Source of the DNA: Atractiella rhizophila
Taxonomy: Eukaryota
DNA: 64,000 bases
Reading direction: 5' to 3'
NCBI GenBank assembly: GCA_021432655.1
Contig: MU271411.1
Span: 1 to 64,000 of the forward strand
The notes beneath the pieces are model-generated. The model was not told where the DNA came from. It did not search any database and saw only the letters and a program-made list of their open reading frames with translations. Position 1 is the first letter of the stretch. Each line of letters starts with the position of its first letter. Shown one piece after another: positions 11,632-25,311 of the stretch. The position numbers and the translations under genes are program-made.

Positions 11632-13840
11632 GAAAGGGAGTACTCCCTTCTTTATCCCTGTCCTTCTGGTTTGATTGGTGGTAGTTAGGGTGATACGAAT
11701 TGGAGGAGTTGGAGTTTGAACGAAAGGGGGTTTCCAGAATTGTAGTTGGACAGGCCTTTCGCATTAGGTTTGTCAGAGGATGAGGAGGCGGCCGATTTCA
11801 AGAGGGGAGTTCCGAAAGCGTCGACCCAAGTGGAAGCGACCGTATCGTTCTTTGCGGTTTGGCCCAGATATTTGAAGTACCATCTTTGGAAAATCTTCTC
11901 CCAACGATCCCAACTACTGAGGTGGCAAGTAGGGGCGGCGGCATGGATCCTTCAGATTTCGATATCAATGGCGAGAATGGCTGCCCAACCGTCACTTGAT
12001 TCAGCCTCACGCCTGAGTTTGTCGTGTCTGGAGCAGAGCCAGTTGAAGAAGGGTCGGAGGTCGGAGGAGGGAAGCAGAGCCAGTATCTACTTGCCTATCG
12101 TTGGCCGCAAGAACGTCGAGTAACCAACGATACCAGAGTTCCCCCTACAGATCGACATTTTCACGGCCTCAAAGTCTTTGAGGATTTTCGCTCCCAAGAC
12201 CTTGTGAGCCTTCTCCTGGACAGATGCGTCAGATGAATTGAGGACTGCTGAACTTTTAGTGAAGGAGTCCTCGAGCTTCTTCCTATCTTTCCCGGCGAGA
12301 GCAACGATGGGGACATAGGCGTGGGGATTTTTTCAAGAGCCAGTGTTGGAATTGGGGATGTTTGGTCTAGGGGAAGAGCAAAAAGAGATTAGCTCAAGAG
12401 AATTGAAAGGCAGGTCGTGAAGTCCAATCGGTTGTAACGTAAAGCGCTCCAATTTGATGAAAAGGAATGGTGAGCCAGTCGCAAGCCCATTTGGCTAGGC
12501 AGGTAGTGCCCATCTGGCTAGGAAGGTAGAACCCATTTGGCTAGAAAAGTAGAGCCCATTGGCTAGGGATGCAGAGCCCTTTTGGCTGCAGGAAATAGCC
12601 CATTTTGGCTGCGATTAATGAGTAATGGCCCATTTGGCCGCGTGGAAGAGAGGATCGGGAAAAAGGAAGGGGTACGGAGAAGACAGAGGAGTAATGAGTA
12701 ACTAAATAGAGGATGTGAGGAAATGGTAGAAGAAAGGGATTCACCATAAGTTCATTGTCTGGGCTGAGTTTCAAATTCACTCTGACTAAAGGGTCGGTCA
12801 AATTCGCTATATGTGTGTTTTGGCGGTCTCTCCTAGACTTTTGATCTTCATCGGCTTCGACTGGTTTGGGGGGGATGTTCCCAGATGGGAGTAATCTAGC
12901 TTTCTTTCTAGCTTCCTCGAATTGTTCTGTGGTAACTGGGATTTGGAAGGGAAAAGCTGGCCATTTTGGAGGGCGGATGGAAGGAAGTGTGTCTTCTGGG
13001 GAGCCGGGGAGTAGTTTCGCGAGTTCTTTCTTTGCAACGCGCTCACAGGCCATGACGGTGCAAAGTTCTTGCTGGATGTCAGCGATGTAATTGGAAAGAC
13101 TAGCGTTGAGAAATTTACAGCCTGAAATTTCCACATCGACGATACGCTGGACATGGGTTAGTAGCTCGATTTCACGTGTGGACAGGGCGAAGGAGTCGCA
13201 GAGTTGGATCCATTTGATTTCTCTGAGGCTGAAGCGCTGAACTAACGTAAAAGCCATTTTGAAGGTATCTGAGGCTTTGAGCGTTTTGTCGGTGAGCAGT
13301 GGGGTCAGTGTTGAGCGAGGAGGAAGGATTGTAAGCCTGGGTAGGGTTACGTTTGACGTCGAGGAGAGTTTGAGTGCCCGACTCATCAGTGTCCCCATCA
13401 ATGACCAAGGGGGCAGTAGGAGGTTGGAAACACTGAGAGGGTGGTTGTGAATAAGGGAACCACTCTCCTTGACCTCCTTTGGACAACCATCTGTGTTCGC
13501 CAAACCACTTTCTTATCCTGCACTGAGTCAGCTTTGCCAATTCGTCCATAGATTCCCAAGCAGAGACAAAGTCGATGAGATTTCTTTCGTGGTTGTCCAG
13601 CTTCGTGCCCTTGCTAAAAAGGATCATAAACTCATCCTTCGACATGCCGGAGTTCGTGAAACCAGATTGAGATGTGCCATCGCCCGAAGGACACGTCTCT
13701 GAGCTAGTTTCGGCGACGTGTTGCGCTGCTCGAATTTGTTCATTTTCACGCCTCAAATCCTCTCTAGATCTAACTTGGGAACCTATTGCTGCCCCAGATG
13801 CGTCCGGAGTGTCCATGTCAATCTCTACCGTGTCCACCAT
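11336..13840 (-). pseudogene. Gag-like ORF(s) of the YR element with Cys/His zinc fingers overlapping the RT frame
   Basis: GWAAILAIDIEI and ICFFHQQHSGCKWGERCLGGLHICSLC. ORF 11336-11764 overlaps RT ORF 10924-11631 in another frame. Several frameshifts. Confidence 0.65.
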
Positions 13841-14346
13841 GTTCGCAAAAATGGCTGATCGGAAGGAGGGAGGGAGATGTGTTTCGACATGGAGGAGCAA
13901 TAGGAGGTTGAAGAAAGCCAGGAAGGGGTAGGGAGGCGTGTTGTACTTAAAAAGAGAATGTGTATGAAGACTGCTTGCAAGTGAGGAGCAGCAGACTTGA
14001 GCGTGAGGCGATGGTCGACTTGCTTGATCAATTTCCATTGCAGCTACCACACTGAGCGCAGCCTGCAGCATGTCTAAAACCTTTTATCTTCCCTTCGAAC
14101 AGCAGATGATGGAGATAGAGAAGAGACCTTCCAAGGTGTCTGATCCAAGGAAGCCTATGAAGGCTTTACCACTGGGATCACCTGAAGCTGACAATGGTAG
14201 AGGACTCAGGCGGACGATATGGTTGTTTGAAGGTCATGATAACATTGCCGCAGACAAAATTTGCCTTCTTCCTTTTGGTAGCAAGCAGAGAGAATCACGG
14301 TGGAGGCTGTGAGTTGGACAAGTTGATCAGCAAGACTGTTTATAGG

Positions 14347-14797
14347 TGTCAGGGCTGACACTGTGTACGGTTGCCGATGGGCAATGGGTCTGTAGTGGAG
14401 ATAAACCTAAGAGCATGATATGACATGAGAAGACTAACCTGTAGTAGAGGTAAACCTAAGAGAATACTCTAAGGTCACCTCTACTCTCTGATCTATATAC
14501 AAGCGGAATAACACTGCCACAGAGCATAGAGGAGAGCAGATGAAACATGTAAGAGAACTAAAAGGGGAAAGTGACAGTGGGATTACGCAGAGTTAATAAG
14601 AGGAGAATAGACACAATTGGGCTAAGTGGTGATGTAGGCACAAAATGGGCAAAGGGGAGACACAGAGTGGTGATGGGGCACCGATTCACATAAAATGCAA
14701 ATGGGCGAACAGGCGCCGATTTGTGGGGAACGCAAATGGGCGATACAAGACGCAATCGGGCGAATGGGCGCGGATTGCGTAAGATGCAAACCTGACA
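14347..14797 (-). mobile_element. LTR, subfamily B (no TSD)
   Basis: TGTCAGGGCTGACA...AAACCTGACA, near-identical to the reverse complement of 34224-34641. Flanks ATAGG and CCAAG do not match. Confidence 0.88.
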
Positions 14798-15019
14798 CCA
14801 AGAAGACCCGACACCTCTGCATATTCCTCCCCTCTATACCTCAAACTGCACAAGTTTCACCTTATCCAGGTACAAGACTCGCTCTGCCTTCTATCTTCAA
14901 AGAAGTGCTTAGGTTGGTGCCGACTTTGCTTCTCAAAATTTATATCTGCACTTCTGCCATCCCAGGATAGGTCCCTTCAGAACAGTTGAAAATTTTACTT
15001 AATCTGCCGTATATGAAGG

Positions 15020-16100
15020 AAGGAGATGCTGGAAAATTCGCTGCTGGGACACTGCACCGACTTGTCGAAAATGAGGACAAGATTTCATGAGAGCAATTTT
15101 TGTTAGAGTTCAAAACAAGTTTTTGCAAAACTGACTGCAAACTTATTGCGCAAACAAAGCTGTCTTCCCTTCAACAGAAGGGCAACCTGGAATCCTACAT
15201 TATCAAGTTTGAGGAGTTGGCTAATCAGACAAACTTTGATGATGAGTGTCAGATTGCCCCAGATTGCCTATTTTAGCCTATTTGGAGTCATGGGCTCGAT
15301 TTATGTTTGTATTGCTTTATTTGTGTTTCTGTTTCCGCACATCTTTTGCCCTACATATCACATGACCTTCACACTCTATCTTAGATAAAGTTAGAGTTGT
15401 TGTTTGCAGCTGTGCGGCCTTTTATGTACATAGACAAGAACAATGCCCCTAAAAGACCTAGTTTGTTCGCTCAGGATTTCCGCTTAGCATTATCCTTGCA
15501 GTACACAACCTGACACGTCTCATTCATACACATCTTTGTGTCCGCCCTGACAATGAGGCATTGGCAATTTGTGGCGGCGGAGTTGGGGACAGTTTGTCAG
15601 GTTTGCATCTTACGCAAATGGGCGCCCATTCGCCGGATTGCGTCTCCTATCGCCCCTTTGCGTTCCCAGCGAATCGGCGCCCGTCGCCACTCTGCTTCTC
15701 CCGTCTGCAAATCGGCGCCCAGTCACCTGTTTGCCCATTTGTGCTTCGGTCACCACTTAGCCCAATTGTGCCTATCTTCCTTTTATTAACTCTGTATAAT
15801 CCCACTGTCACTTCCCCTTTTTAGTCCTCTTACCTGTTTCATCTGCTCTCCTCTACGCTCTGTGGCAGTGTTATCCCACTTGTATATATAGATTGGAGAG
15901 TAGTGGAGGGGACCTTAGATTATTCTCTTAGGTTTATCTCCACTACAGATGTATCGCCCGTCGGCGACTGCACATAGTGTCAGCCCTAACACAGTTGAGA
16001 TGAATCTTGGCCAGGATTGGTTAAGACACCACAACCTAGAGGTCAACTGGGCATCAGGGAAAGTTGAATTCTCTTGCTGCCCACCAGTTGCAGCGCAGTC
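15020..16100 (+). mobile_element. Ty3/gypsy gag-protease relic, split by a solo LTR
   Basis: QQKGNLESYIIKFEELANQTNFDDE (gag). Removing the LTR gives FVAAELGTVEMNLGQDWLRHHNLEVNWASG (retropepsin C-terminus). Confidence 0.7.
15595..15991 (+). mobile_element. Solo LTR, subfamily B (397 bp)
   Basis: TGTCAGGTTTGC...GTGTCAGCCCTAACA with exact TSD CAGTT. Confidence 0.92.
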
Positions 16101-16421
16101 GATGTGTCTACCACACAAAAACAACTTCCATCGTTGTCTGCCTCACAGATAAGGTTCGAGTGCACATTTCTCAGCCTCATCTGCATCGAAGATGATGATC
16201 TCGGGTGAGTCTCATTGTATTTACTTTCGCTTACTGATGTGCATTGACAATGGTGATTTCAGTCATCCCATCCCAGATCCCTCTGCTCACAGGACTGCGG
16301 CAGGGTGTTGCGAGGGTGTAGCAAGGAGACTGCAACATCTTTGTATTCGCTTACATATGATCACAAGATTGCAATTCTCCTCGACTCCAACAAATGACCA
16401 TCTAACTTGGCACACTGCTTC

Positions 16422-18353
16422 TTAATCCTGCTTTGTGCGAATATCTGGCAACTGTCGGAGGTTCTTAGCTGCCTGTTCTGGTGTAATATCTCTCTGAGTC
16501 TCGGCGAAAAGCTCAAATCTAAGATGTGCATCAATGGTCAGAAAGCAATGGGGTGAAGAGAGACCGGAAAAAACAAACCCGACGAGGAATTTCTTTACAT
16601 CCGCGCTTCTCAAAAGCGGAGGATAGAAAGAGATGTGGAACTGTGACCATTCTTTCTCTTCGCTTCCGAGGACTGAGGACTGGTATAATCCCATCGAGTA
16701 GGGAAAGGAAGTTTGGAAAAGGTTGCTGTGTCGAACAACATTTCAGTTCTGTCGACCCGGTTAAGTGCAGGGGACGCACTCCATCTTCCTCGTTGCTTGT
16801 CCGAGTACTAATGCGAGGTCCTTCTGCTCTTCTTCCTTCAGATCCGCCACGTGAGGAATGTGCCTTCTGAAAGGGAGGATCATGACTTCATAAGGCCAAG
16901 TCGCCCAATAAGGCACGAGAGCGAGAAAGTGGGATTTATCCGTTGGAGTCACAATGAGGCGCGAACCTTCTGGCGAGGTGCGGAAAGTGGAGAGCTCCTG
17001 GGATGCGTAAGTTAGGAGGAGAGAAGGTCGTCCATTATTACTTTTTGGTCTGTTAAATTAGAGAGTCGAGACGGAAGAAAAAAAATACGGACAGTAACGG
17101 GATCTGTGACGATTTCGCACGTTCTAAGTTGGCTTCGTTCATTGCAAACTCTTTAACAGAACGAAGGATCGCAGATGGGAGGCTGGGAATGTAGTCTAAA
17201 GACCATGACTGCTCTCGGTTACTTCGACCGTTCACTAGACAGAGTAAAGTGACGTACTTGTCCATGCGGATGAGGATTAGAGCATCCCATTAGAGCACCC
17301 TTATTCTCGAATCTACACATTCTTAAGCAAGTTCGCCTGAGAGAGCCAAGTGCCTACATTTGGATATACTTAACCCATTCATATCTCTCTGACACATCCT
17401 TATACAGTTCCTGCCTGTATATCTTTTAACCTTAGTCTGCAAGAGAGAGCAGTATGGCGAACCAAGCTGTGATCACCCTTATTCTCTCTTCATCCGACAT
17501 CTCGGCGATCGTCAAATTATGTTTTGGAGAGAAGCAGACAACATGGCATTTTCCTCGAGCTGGTGTAGTTTGGAAGAGGTTTGCTGTCCCGCGCGAATGG
17601 GTTCAGATGTGCAGCATGGATAGAATACAAAATCCTTACATGCCGTGGCTTGAGTCGCATCTGTCGTTACTGTAAGATCTTGGACAGCAGCATAATCGTT
17701 CTGTAGACGGGGCAAGCATTAGTTACTCCAACTATCCTGCAGTTCTGATACAATAGAGGACGACCATGGTGTAGATTATTTAATGCTGCGATAGTAGTGT
17801 ACCTATGTAGTTCAGAAGGGGTCTACTAGAAAAAGACAGACCTGAATGCTATCCCGCGACCATTTCATCACTGGAATAGTAGATAAACGGATCTCTACGA
17901 CTCGAAACGGATCTCTACGACTCTTAGTACAGCTCTAACACTCGAACAAGAAAGAGAGAGTTGCATAATTCATCTTCAGCTGAAGCACCCAGAACTGGTG
18001 CACTTAGAGAAACGTCCTTCCCCCTCAAATTCAAAGGAAGCTTCGCACCTCAAAGATCCAAGTGGTCTCATACTTTTCATTCTTGAGCCCTCCCGCTCTT
18101 TCATTCCCAGGGCATAAATAGCAATTTGGATCAAATGCAGGGCGATCGTCAAGGACAGGAGGGTTGGTTTCGCCCTGCCACGGCCTTTTTGTGCGATGTG
18201 CTAAGAATCGCCAACATATCAACATATTATCAGTACATGCGTAAACGATGGGGTGAGGGAAAGACGAAACGAACGGGAACAGAGCACCCAAGTTTGCGTA
18301 AGGGGATTGAAACGTCTGTGAGCGTGCTCAGTGGGTTCGAAAGGAGTAGACAT
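16422..18353 (-). CDS. GAL7: Galactose-1-phosphate uridylyltransferase (multi-exon)
   Basis: [44 protein letters not shown] (catalytic HPH), [36 protein letters not shown]. The exact stop is uncertain. Confidence 0.95.
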
Positions 18354-19239
18354 CTTGCAATCTCGGACGGAAGAGACTTGGGAAAAAATTGATGAATCCA
18401 GGAGGATAAGGGTCTCAATCAGCCCATAGCATCCGCCACATAGTCTCGAACCAGACCTGCGCTGAGTGGAATCACGTGGTTGACTATGTGATTGCACTCT
18501 GGTCCTAGTGGGAAACCAGAGAAATCAAATAAGTGTGGCTTCTGCGAAACGAGAAACGAACTGGAGGAGACAGCCTCGTCTTTCAATGAGCGCGAACGTG
18601 CGACGCTTGAATTAATAACTGACAACCACCTAGCAAAGCAGCTCCAACCTGCTCGCGACTTCAAATCAATAACGGCAGAAAATCACTTCGGTTCTGGCAA
18701 AGGAGGTGTTCTCCGACTTATGGTCCCGGATATTAGGAATGCTAGACTCACCTGAATATCTGCTGCTCTTTGAGAGAGCGTATTTAGCCCTCCCTGCAGA
18801 TGTTAAATCAGAGGGGTTCTTTTCCACCCACAAGCTTTTTCCTAGCCTTTGATACCTGGGTTCCTGACTCCACCATTCCTGTGTCTGGGCCAGCATTGCC
18901 TCCCTTTCCCAATCATTCCCCACATTCCTCCCAGACCAAGGCACCAGCCACTCCTTCTGCATCTGCACCTCACCAGAGGATGACGCGGACACTGATGCTT
19001 TGATACTGCATAGAGACAGAGGCAAAAGCAAAGCGTCACTGAGTAAGGGAGTTTCCCCGGACCTAGAGATTCTTAGTGGTGCCCTGCCTCTGATGTGCCA
19101 GGGAAGCATTGGCGATTTAGTCAAATCATACTTCACTTCTCATTCGGATTTACCCATGATCTTGGGCTTGCCATGCTTGGAGGATCCACGGAACCTCGCT
19201 AGCACTCATATTTTTTAATACTGTACAGACCACCTTCAA

Positions 19240-19890
19240 ATTGTTGATTCCAACGAAGATTGCCAACACTGAAGGTGGGAGGCCATTACATTGCCAGATC
19301 CAAAGACTTGATCTGATCGTACTCCTGCAAGATCGCTACTTCTCATGTCTCCTTGTTGTACGGGATTATGTTTCCCATATTGGGAAGCGTGAGATCGAGC
19401 TTGCAAAAGCAGCCTCTGCAACTAAGGAGAATGATACTTCTCTTGAAGCTGTACTCATGAGGCCATCACTGTCTCCAGAGTTCTCTTTCGAAACGCGGGG
19501 CAGCTATTTCATGGGTCTCAAAACGTCAAATTGTGGTAGCAGTGTTGTTTACGGAAGCTGAATACGTGGCAATGTCGGTTACGGCATGGAAGGCTGTTTG
19601 GCTCAGAAGATTATTTATGATTATTTACAGACCTAGGATATCCACCCCTGAAGCCTACCCTGATAACCAAGGAGTGATTCTGCTTGCTTCCATCCCATTG
19701 CACGCAGCAGGACAAAATACATCGCAGTACACTATCACTTTACATGACAACGAGTCAAAGACGGAACCATGTTACTAGAATGGGTGCCCACGAGACTTTA
19801 GGTCACAGATGTCCTCACAAAAGGTCCTGCTGCTACACTCCACTTGCGTTTCTGTACATCGATGGTCTCATGGAGAATGAGGCATACGGT
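19240..19890 (+). mobile_element. Ty1/copia relic (integrase trace + RNase H)
   Basis: GAAISWVSKRQ, then TEAEYVAMSVTAWKAVWLRRL...DNQGVILLA. Many indels. Confidence 0.8.
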
Positions 19891-21205
19891 ACGGTTGGAT
19901 CAAGTGTGGGTAGCCACAAAGGAATAGAGGATGGGAGGGGATGAGCGATGAAGTGAGGGGAGTGTTGGAAGGAGAAAGGATGGAGAAGGTGACATGCACG
20001 TGCTGTATTTGCTGGGCGTTGATGCTGAAGCAAATATGTAACAGTTCACCGCAAGCCCGTCTTAAAAGGATCGCGATGAATTTCTTCTTCTCTCCTCAAT
20101 CACATTACACTCTACTTGATCATGCTCACTCTTGTGACACTTTAGGTATGTGATTATATCCATGTTCTCTGCAATCAAGTCACATTACAATCTACTTCAT
20201 CATGCTTACTCTTATGTGATTAGGACACTTTAGCCTCAAACCAAAATCTCATTGTAAACCTACAAAAAGTGACAGAATCTACAATGATGTAATCACCTTG
20301 ACACTAAGAAAGCAAATTCAGAACATCAAAAAAGATAAGTCAACATGAAATACTGTCAACAACTTTACTTGAGTTATGCAGAAGGCAGAAGCCATAAAGG
20401 GACGAAAATTGATGTTCCAAGACCTCTTGAAGCCTTTCAATAGATCATATTGACCATGCATCTCAAATTTGACAGCTTCTCCATGTGTGGTTTCCAGGAA
20501 ACTCGAGTTATGCGGAACCAAGGGGACCATAAACTTAAAATTCACATTGGGCACAGAGTATGGAGGTGCACAGCTGAAATATCAGGGAAATGCTGTCCCT
20601 TCTTGAAATATCCATGGAAGATATCAACAGTCCAACATGACGTACTTCAGTTACGACCTTCTTCAACTTGCTTGCTACCCTCCCACAGTACTGTACCCTC
20701 AGCATGGTTGCAACTAAGCAACAGCTTATTCATAAGAGGCAAGGCTTGGGATGGAAAAGAGAGAGTGGACATTGGGACCTTCAGGGGGAAGACAAGAGAC
20801 AAGAAGGATGCAAGACTTGACACTGTTGACTAGCTAATTGGGACCCCGTAAGGGTTCTTATCCTGCACGTGTAAGGATTCAGGTTGAGAATTACATGCTT
20901 CTAGAGGTCGCTCCGCCACTTTCCTCTATGTAATTCGAAGAGAGGGGCACAAATCCTTTCAACGGCCTTGGATCCTCCTCTTCACTCTCTGGTGTTATAA
21001 CACCATCCAGGGGATCTGACCCCCTTCAATTTAACTTCGGATTCCCTCTCTGAGCAGAATGTGAATAGACTTCACGTTCATAATTTGCCTCCTGTTTCAG
21101 CGACTCTTAACGATGTATCGATTGCTTTGGAGAGCACATACCCTTCCTTTAATTTTTCTGTTCCCTTCTCAGCAGCAGTGAGGTTGTCATCCTTTTCCAC
21201 TGTTT

Positions 21206-21418
21206 TGTCAGGGTTCACTTCTGGAGCATGAATCATGTTCTGGATCAAATGGTCCAGAAGGTTCTATCAGGCATGTGGCAAATAAGGTTAAGGTGGACTG
21301 TGCTAGAACATTCTAGAACTTGTGCCTGTCTGAGATATCCAGATTTGGTTTTCTTAGGATATCCACTCTACTTGGCAGCCTCCCTAATTGATAGCCTTAT
21401 ACAGTGTCAGCCCTAACA
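21206..21418 (+). mobile_element. Short solo LTR, subfamily C (213 bp)
   Basis: TGTCAGGGTTC...AGTGTCAGCCCTAACA with TSD TGTTT/CGTTT (one transition). The 5' part matches 32516-32600. Confidence 0.8.
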
Positions 21419-22242
21419 CGTTTCTCCTAATCCCTCCAACTCCAGCTGTCCCTTGCACTCCCAAACTCAATGCACCAGCCCCAAATGAATGTGAGCCAAA
21501 CAATGTACCCCTCCCTGCCACTGCCGTTACTCTCCGCAAAGGAGAAACTCTTCTCCTCCTCACTCTCACCTGCTACTGCACTCCTGTCAGCCCTTAATGT
21601 CCATGTCAGTCCCCTCCGTTGCACTCCAGTTGGCCATGATATGACCAAGCTTAATGATATCTCCTCCACTCATGGTTCTACAAGGGCACCTTAGCTGCAT
21701 CAAACAGCTGTCAAGTTATGATATGAGGAGGAAAAGTGGATTTCAGGTTTTGGAGGCGTTGCTCATGCTGTGGTGGTTGTCCAAGTGGTGGACTTAGACA
21801 GTCATGGCCGATGGGCAATGCCTCTTGGAAGTGGTCTGCAAGAGGAAGAGGCTGGCCACAACTTAGTCAGAAGCAGAGCAGGAGAGTATCAGCTGCAAAG
21901 TGAAAGGGGGGTGGATGAAGGTCAGTCTGAGATGCGAGACGTGGAAATGGTGGAGGCATAATAGTGTGGCAAAGGATAGGGGGAGGAAGCGGAAGTTTGA
22001 GGGAGAAATGAGGAGCTTGAACACAAGGTCAAGGTTGTACAAGAGGTACCGAAAAAGGAGATACAGAGCTTTGCGTCTTGAGCAGGCTAATTGCAATAAT
22101 GTTGATGTGGTAGTTACCTGTTAGTTCAAGTACTTCAAATGCATGATGTGAATAATGATATATGAGCTATTCCCCATCTGTTCGAGTATCGTAACAAAAG
22201 GATATCTAAAAAATCATCTGCTGTTCAATCAATGATGTCACT

Positions 22243-22448
22243 TTAGGACATGTATGTAAGTTATTTCTGGATCGGGTTTTGTGAAATACGTGTGCTCATA
22301 GAATCACTGTTACCTCACACACTTATTCAGTCCGTCAGCATCTCACACATTAGGATATGTGTGTAAGTTATTTCTGGATCTGGTTTGTAAAACAAGCGTG
22401 CTACTAGAATGACTGTTACCTCACACAATTATTCAGTCCATCTGCATC
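22243..22448. repeat. Tandem duplication, ~107-bp unit x2
   Basis: TAGGA.ATGT.TGTAAGTTATTTCTGGATC...ACTGTTACCTCACACA.TTATTCAGTCC occurs twice in succession. Confidence 0.8.
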
Positions 22449-23179
22449 CTCCTGCTCCGCTAATGTATGTGCCTCAGCATCTCACATCACCCAACTCTTC
22501 ACCTTCCTTCTTTTCTTCCCCTGCTCGACCACACTGCACGTGTCCGCTTCCCAAAGAACCATTCTTTCAATAAAACTCCACTTCATTTCCCACATTGGGC
22601 CATCAGTCTCTACCAGACCCATATCACATTTTACACCAATGATGGCCGCGAAATCCACCCCTTCATGAATGACGTAAAGGGGAAGCACTAGGACCGACCG
22701 GTTGCACTTTTACCTCTAATGGACCGTGGACCTGTAGTTTATGTTCAGATTTGAAGAATGACGAGGTAGTTGTCAGATGGATTGAGAATTCACAAAGAGA
22801 AGCACTATCTCTGAATGCTTCCCTCAGGAAACAAAACCTACCGTGTCTAAGCCACTTTTCACAGTTATCATCATATCGCAACTCACTTAGCAATCATGTT
22901 CATTTCTCATCCAACATTCTTCTATTACTGATGTGGACTACCATGTAGATCATTGGACAGGAGAAGAAGATTGCAAAACTCAAAGAAAAGCTTGCACTCT
23001 TCAATAAGCTTCTGCAAGCTGTCGCAACCATGGACCCTTCATCCAATTCTGACCCTTATCCAGGTCTGCCGAATGCAGAAGACGAGAACATGAAGAATTA
23101 TCAAAAGATCCCTGTCGTTGCGAAAGGTTAAGATCAAATATGGAGCTACAGTGATCGTGATTACTAGCTGGCACTATTT

Positions 23180-23545
23180 TGTTAGGGCTGACACTATGTG
23201 TAGTCGCCGAAGGGGGATGCGTCTGTAGTGGAGGTAAACCTGTAGTAGTTGCAGACCTAAGAGAATACTCTAAGGTCGCCACCCCTCAATAAAGGGGATA
23301 ATCGGAAATAAGATATACTGAGTAACATAAGTGAAAAGAGGTGACAAGATGAAAATGGAGACAGTGCCGACTTGCGAAATGCATAAGGTTTGCTAAGCAG
23401 CGATTCATGTGAGAAGAGGGAAACCAGCGGACGGCACAGGCATGTGTAAAGCGGCGATGGGTAGACACGTGACTCTATGAGTGGTAAAGTGGATCATGTG
23501 ACTTTGGATGGTGTAATTCGGTAATGCGTAGCGGCAAGCCTGACA
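23180..23545 (-). mobile_element. Solo LTR, subfamily A, internally deleted
   Basis: TGTTAGGGCTGACA...GGCAAGCCTGACA. Flanks TATTT and TTATT are not an exact TSD. Confidence 0.85.
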
Positions 23546-24895
23546 TTATTCCTTCTTCGAATTTAAGGAATAAACTCATCCAGATCTTCTACAAAGCTAC
23601 CAACCTGACCTCACTTCGGTCAGTCCAACACTTTGCAAGTCATTTGAAGGTTCAAGTCTACCCTGGGATTGTCATGGAAGATGATATTCATCATAATCTC
23701 ATGACATTTGATGGCGGACACAAGAGCGAATGCAACTAAAGAAGCCGTGTCGATAACATGATCTCATCGTTCGAAGCTGAAGATGTATCAGGAGCTGAGA
23801 CTGCTGAAGAGAGTTCAGAAACTTCTAAAGATGCAGTAGAAAGTGTGTTAGAAGATCAGCACTGCCACAAATCGCTAGATCATTTGCTGGCACTTTGGCC
23901 TCATCCCACTCTCAGCTATTACATTGCTCCACTGGTGCACCTACACCTGTCTCGTTAGATCTCTCGAATGAAGCCATTGCAACGGACTGTCAACCACAGT
24001 CTCATTCCCTTTAACTTCTACAGATCCTGCATGTTACTCAACTGTCCAAGATGAGGAGACAGCTTGCGAAGGCAAAATTCAGTAGGATTTTCATAGGAAT
24101 TGCTGGTTAGGAGTGTACAAGAAGCATGGTGATAGAGTAAACAAGGTTTTCGAGAGGGAGGAAGATCTTGATAGATTGGTGGAGGGCTTTAACAATGGGA
24201 AATGGCATTGAGTGGGTGTATAATAGGAATACTCACTATGGTGTGTATTGCTTACATCTTTCTCTTTTTCAAGGAGCCACTTGGGTTTTGTGTTGATTTT
24301 AGGCTATGGCTGCAAAGTCATATCAATATCCTGTTGTCGCCGTACTAGAATGTCAGATGATATGAATGAGCATGATATGTGCTTGCACAATCAGAGCTTT
24401 GTGAAGGGCTGCTGGAGCATCGATCTGGGAGTATCCATACTGCTTCTAATAGTGAAAAGTGGCCCAGAAATCTATAACGAACACAATCTACGCAACATCA
24501 TTCCTGAGCTCCAACAATGGCTTCCTATGGACCTCCATTACGACTGTTCTAGGTGTGGGGTTATTGAATGCTTCGATAGATATCTGGAAAAGTATCAAAA
24601 CGTAGCTGTCAAGACCAGCCAGTATCAAGTTTGGATGCTCTCCTCACTCCTTCTACCCATCTGGATTATCTCAGAAAGTGGCATCCAGATGTAACAGAGG
24701 ACGTCTGGTACCATCCCTTTGGGAAGCAGAGACCCATAATGTCACTGCTACAACACTTCTCACCCACTATTTTGAAGGACTAAGAGATCTATCTCAGCCT
24801 TCCGAAATCGATCCTATTCCGCATTCAGAGTGCAGAGGCTATCAGCTTCTGTCTACATTCCTCAAACTTGTCCTTCTCTCCTTTATCAACCCTAC

Positions 24896-25311
24896 TGTCA
24901 GGTATGCATCTTCCGCAAATCAGTGCCCATTCGCTGGATTTGCGTCTCGTATCGCCCATTTGCATTCTACGCGAATCGGCGCCCCATCGCCACTCTGCGT
25001 CTCCCCTTCGCCCATTTGCGCCTACATCACCGCTTAGCCCAATTGTGTCTATTTTCCTCTTATCAACCCCATGTAATCCCACTGTCACTTTCCCCTTTTA
25101 GTTCTCTTACATGTTTCATCTGCTCTCCTCTACACTTTGTGGCAGTGTTATTCCACTTGTATATAGACCAGAGAGTAGTGGAGGTGATCTTAGAGTATTC
25201 TCTTAGGTTTATCTCCACTACAGGTTAGGCCTCTCTGATATCATGCTCTTACATTTATCTTCACTACAGACACATCACCTGCCAGCAACCATGCATAGTT
25301 TCAGCCTAACA
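24896..25311 (+). mobile_element. LTR, subfamily B (no TSD)
   Basis: TGTCAGGTATGCATC...TCAGCCTAACA, homologous to the 15595 and 34224 copies. Confidence 0.85.

Larger units (their letters stand above)
706..14026 (-). mobile_element. DIRS/Ngaro-type tyrosine-recombinase retrotransposon, decayed, interrupted by two nested insertions
   Basis: Minus-strand order gag-like, RT, YR with overlapping frames. Ends are defined by matches of 706-870 and 13945-14026 to the short copy at 63207-63523. Confidence 0.85.

Noticed and set aside
19950..24890. Fragmentary ORFs between LTRs
   Set aside because: Probably decayed TE sequence, but no motif allows a call.
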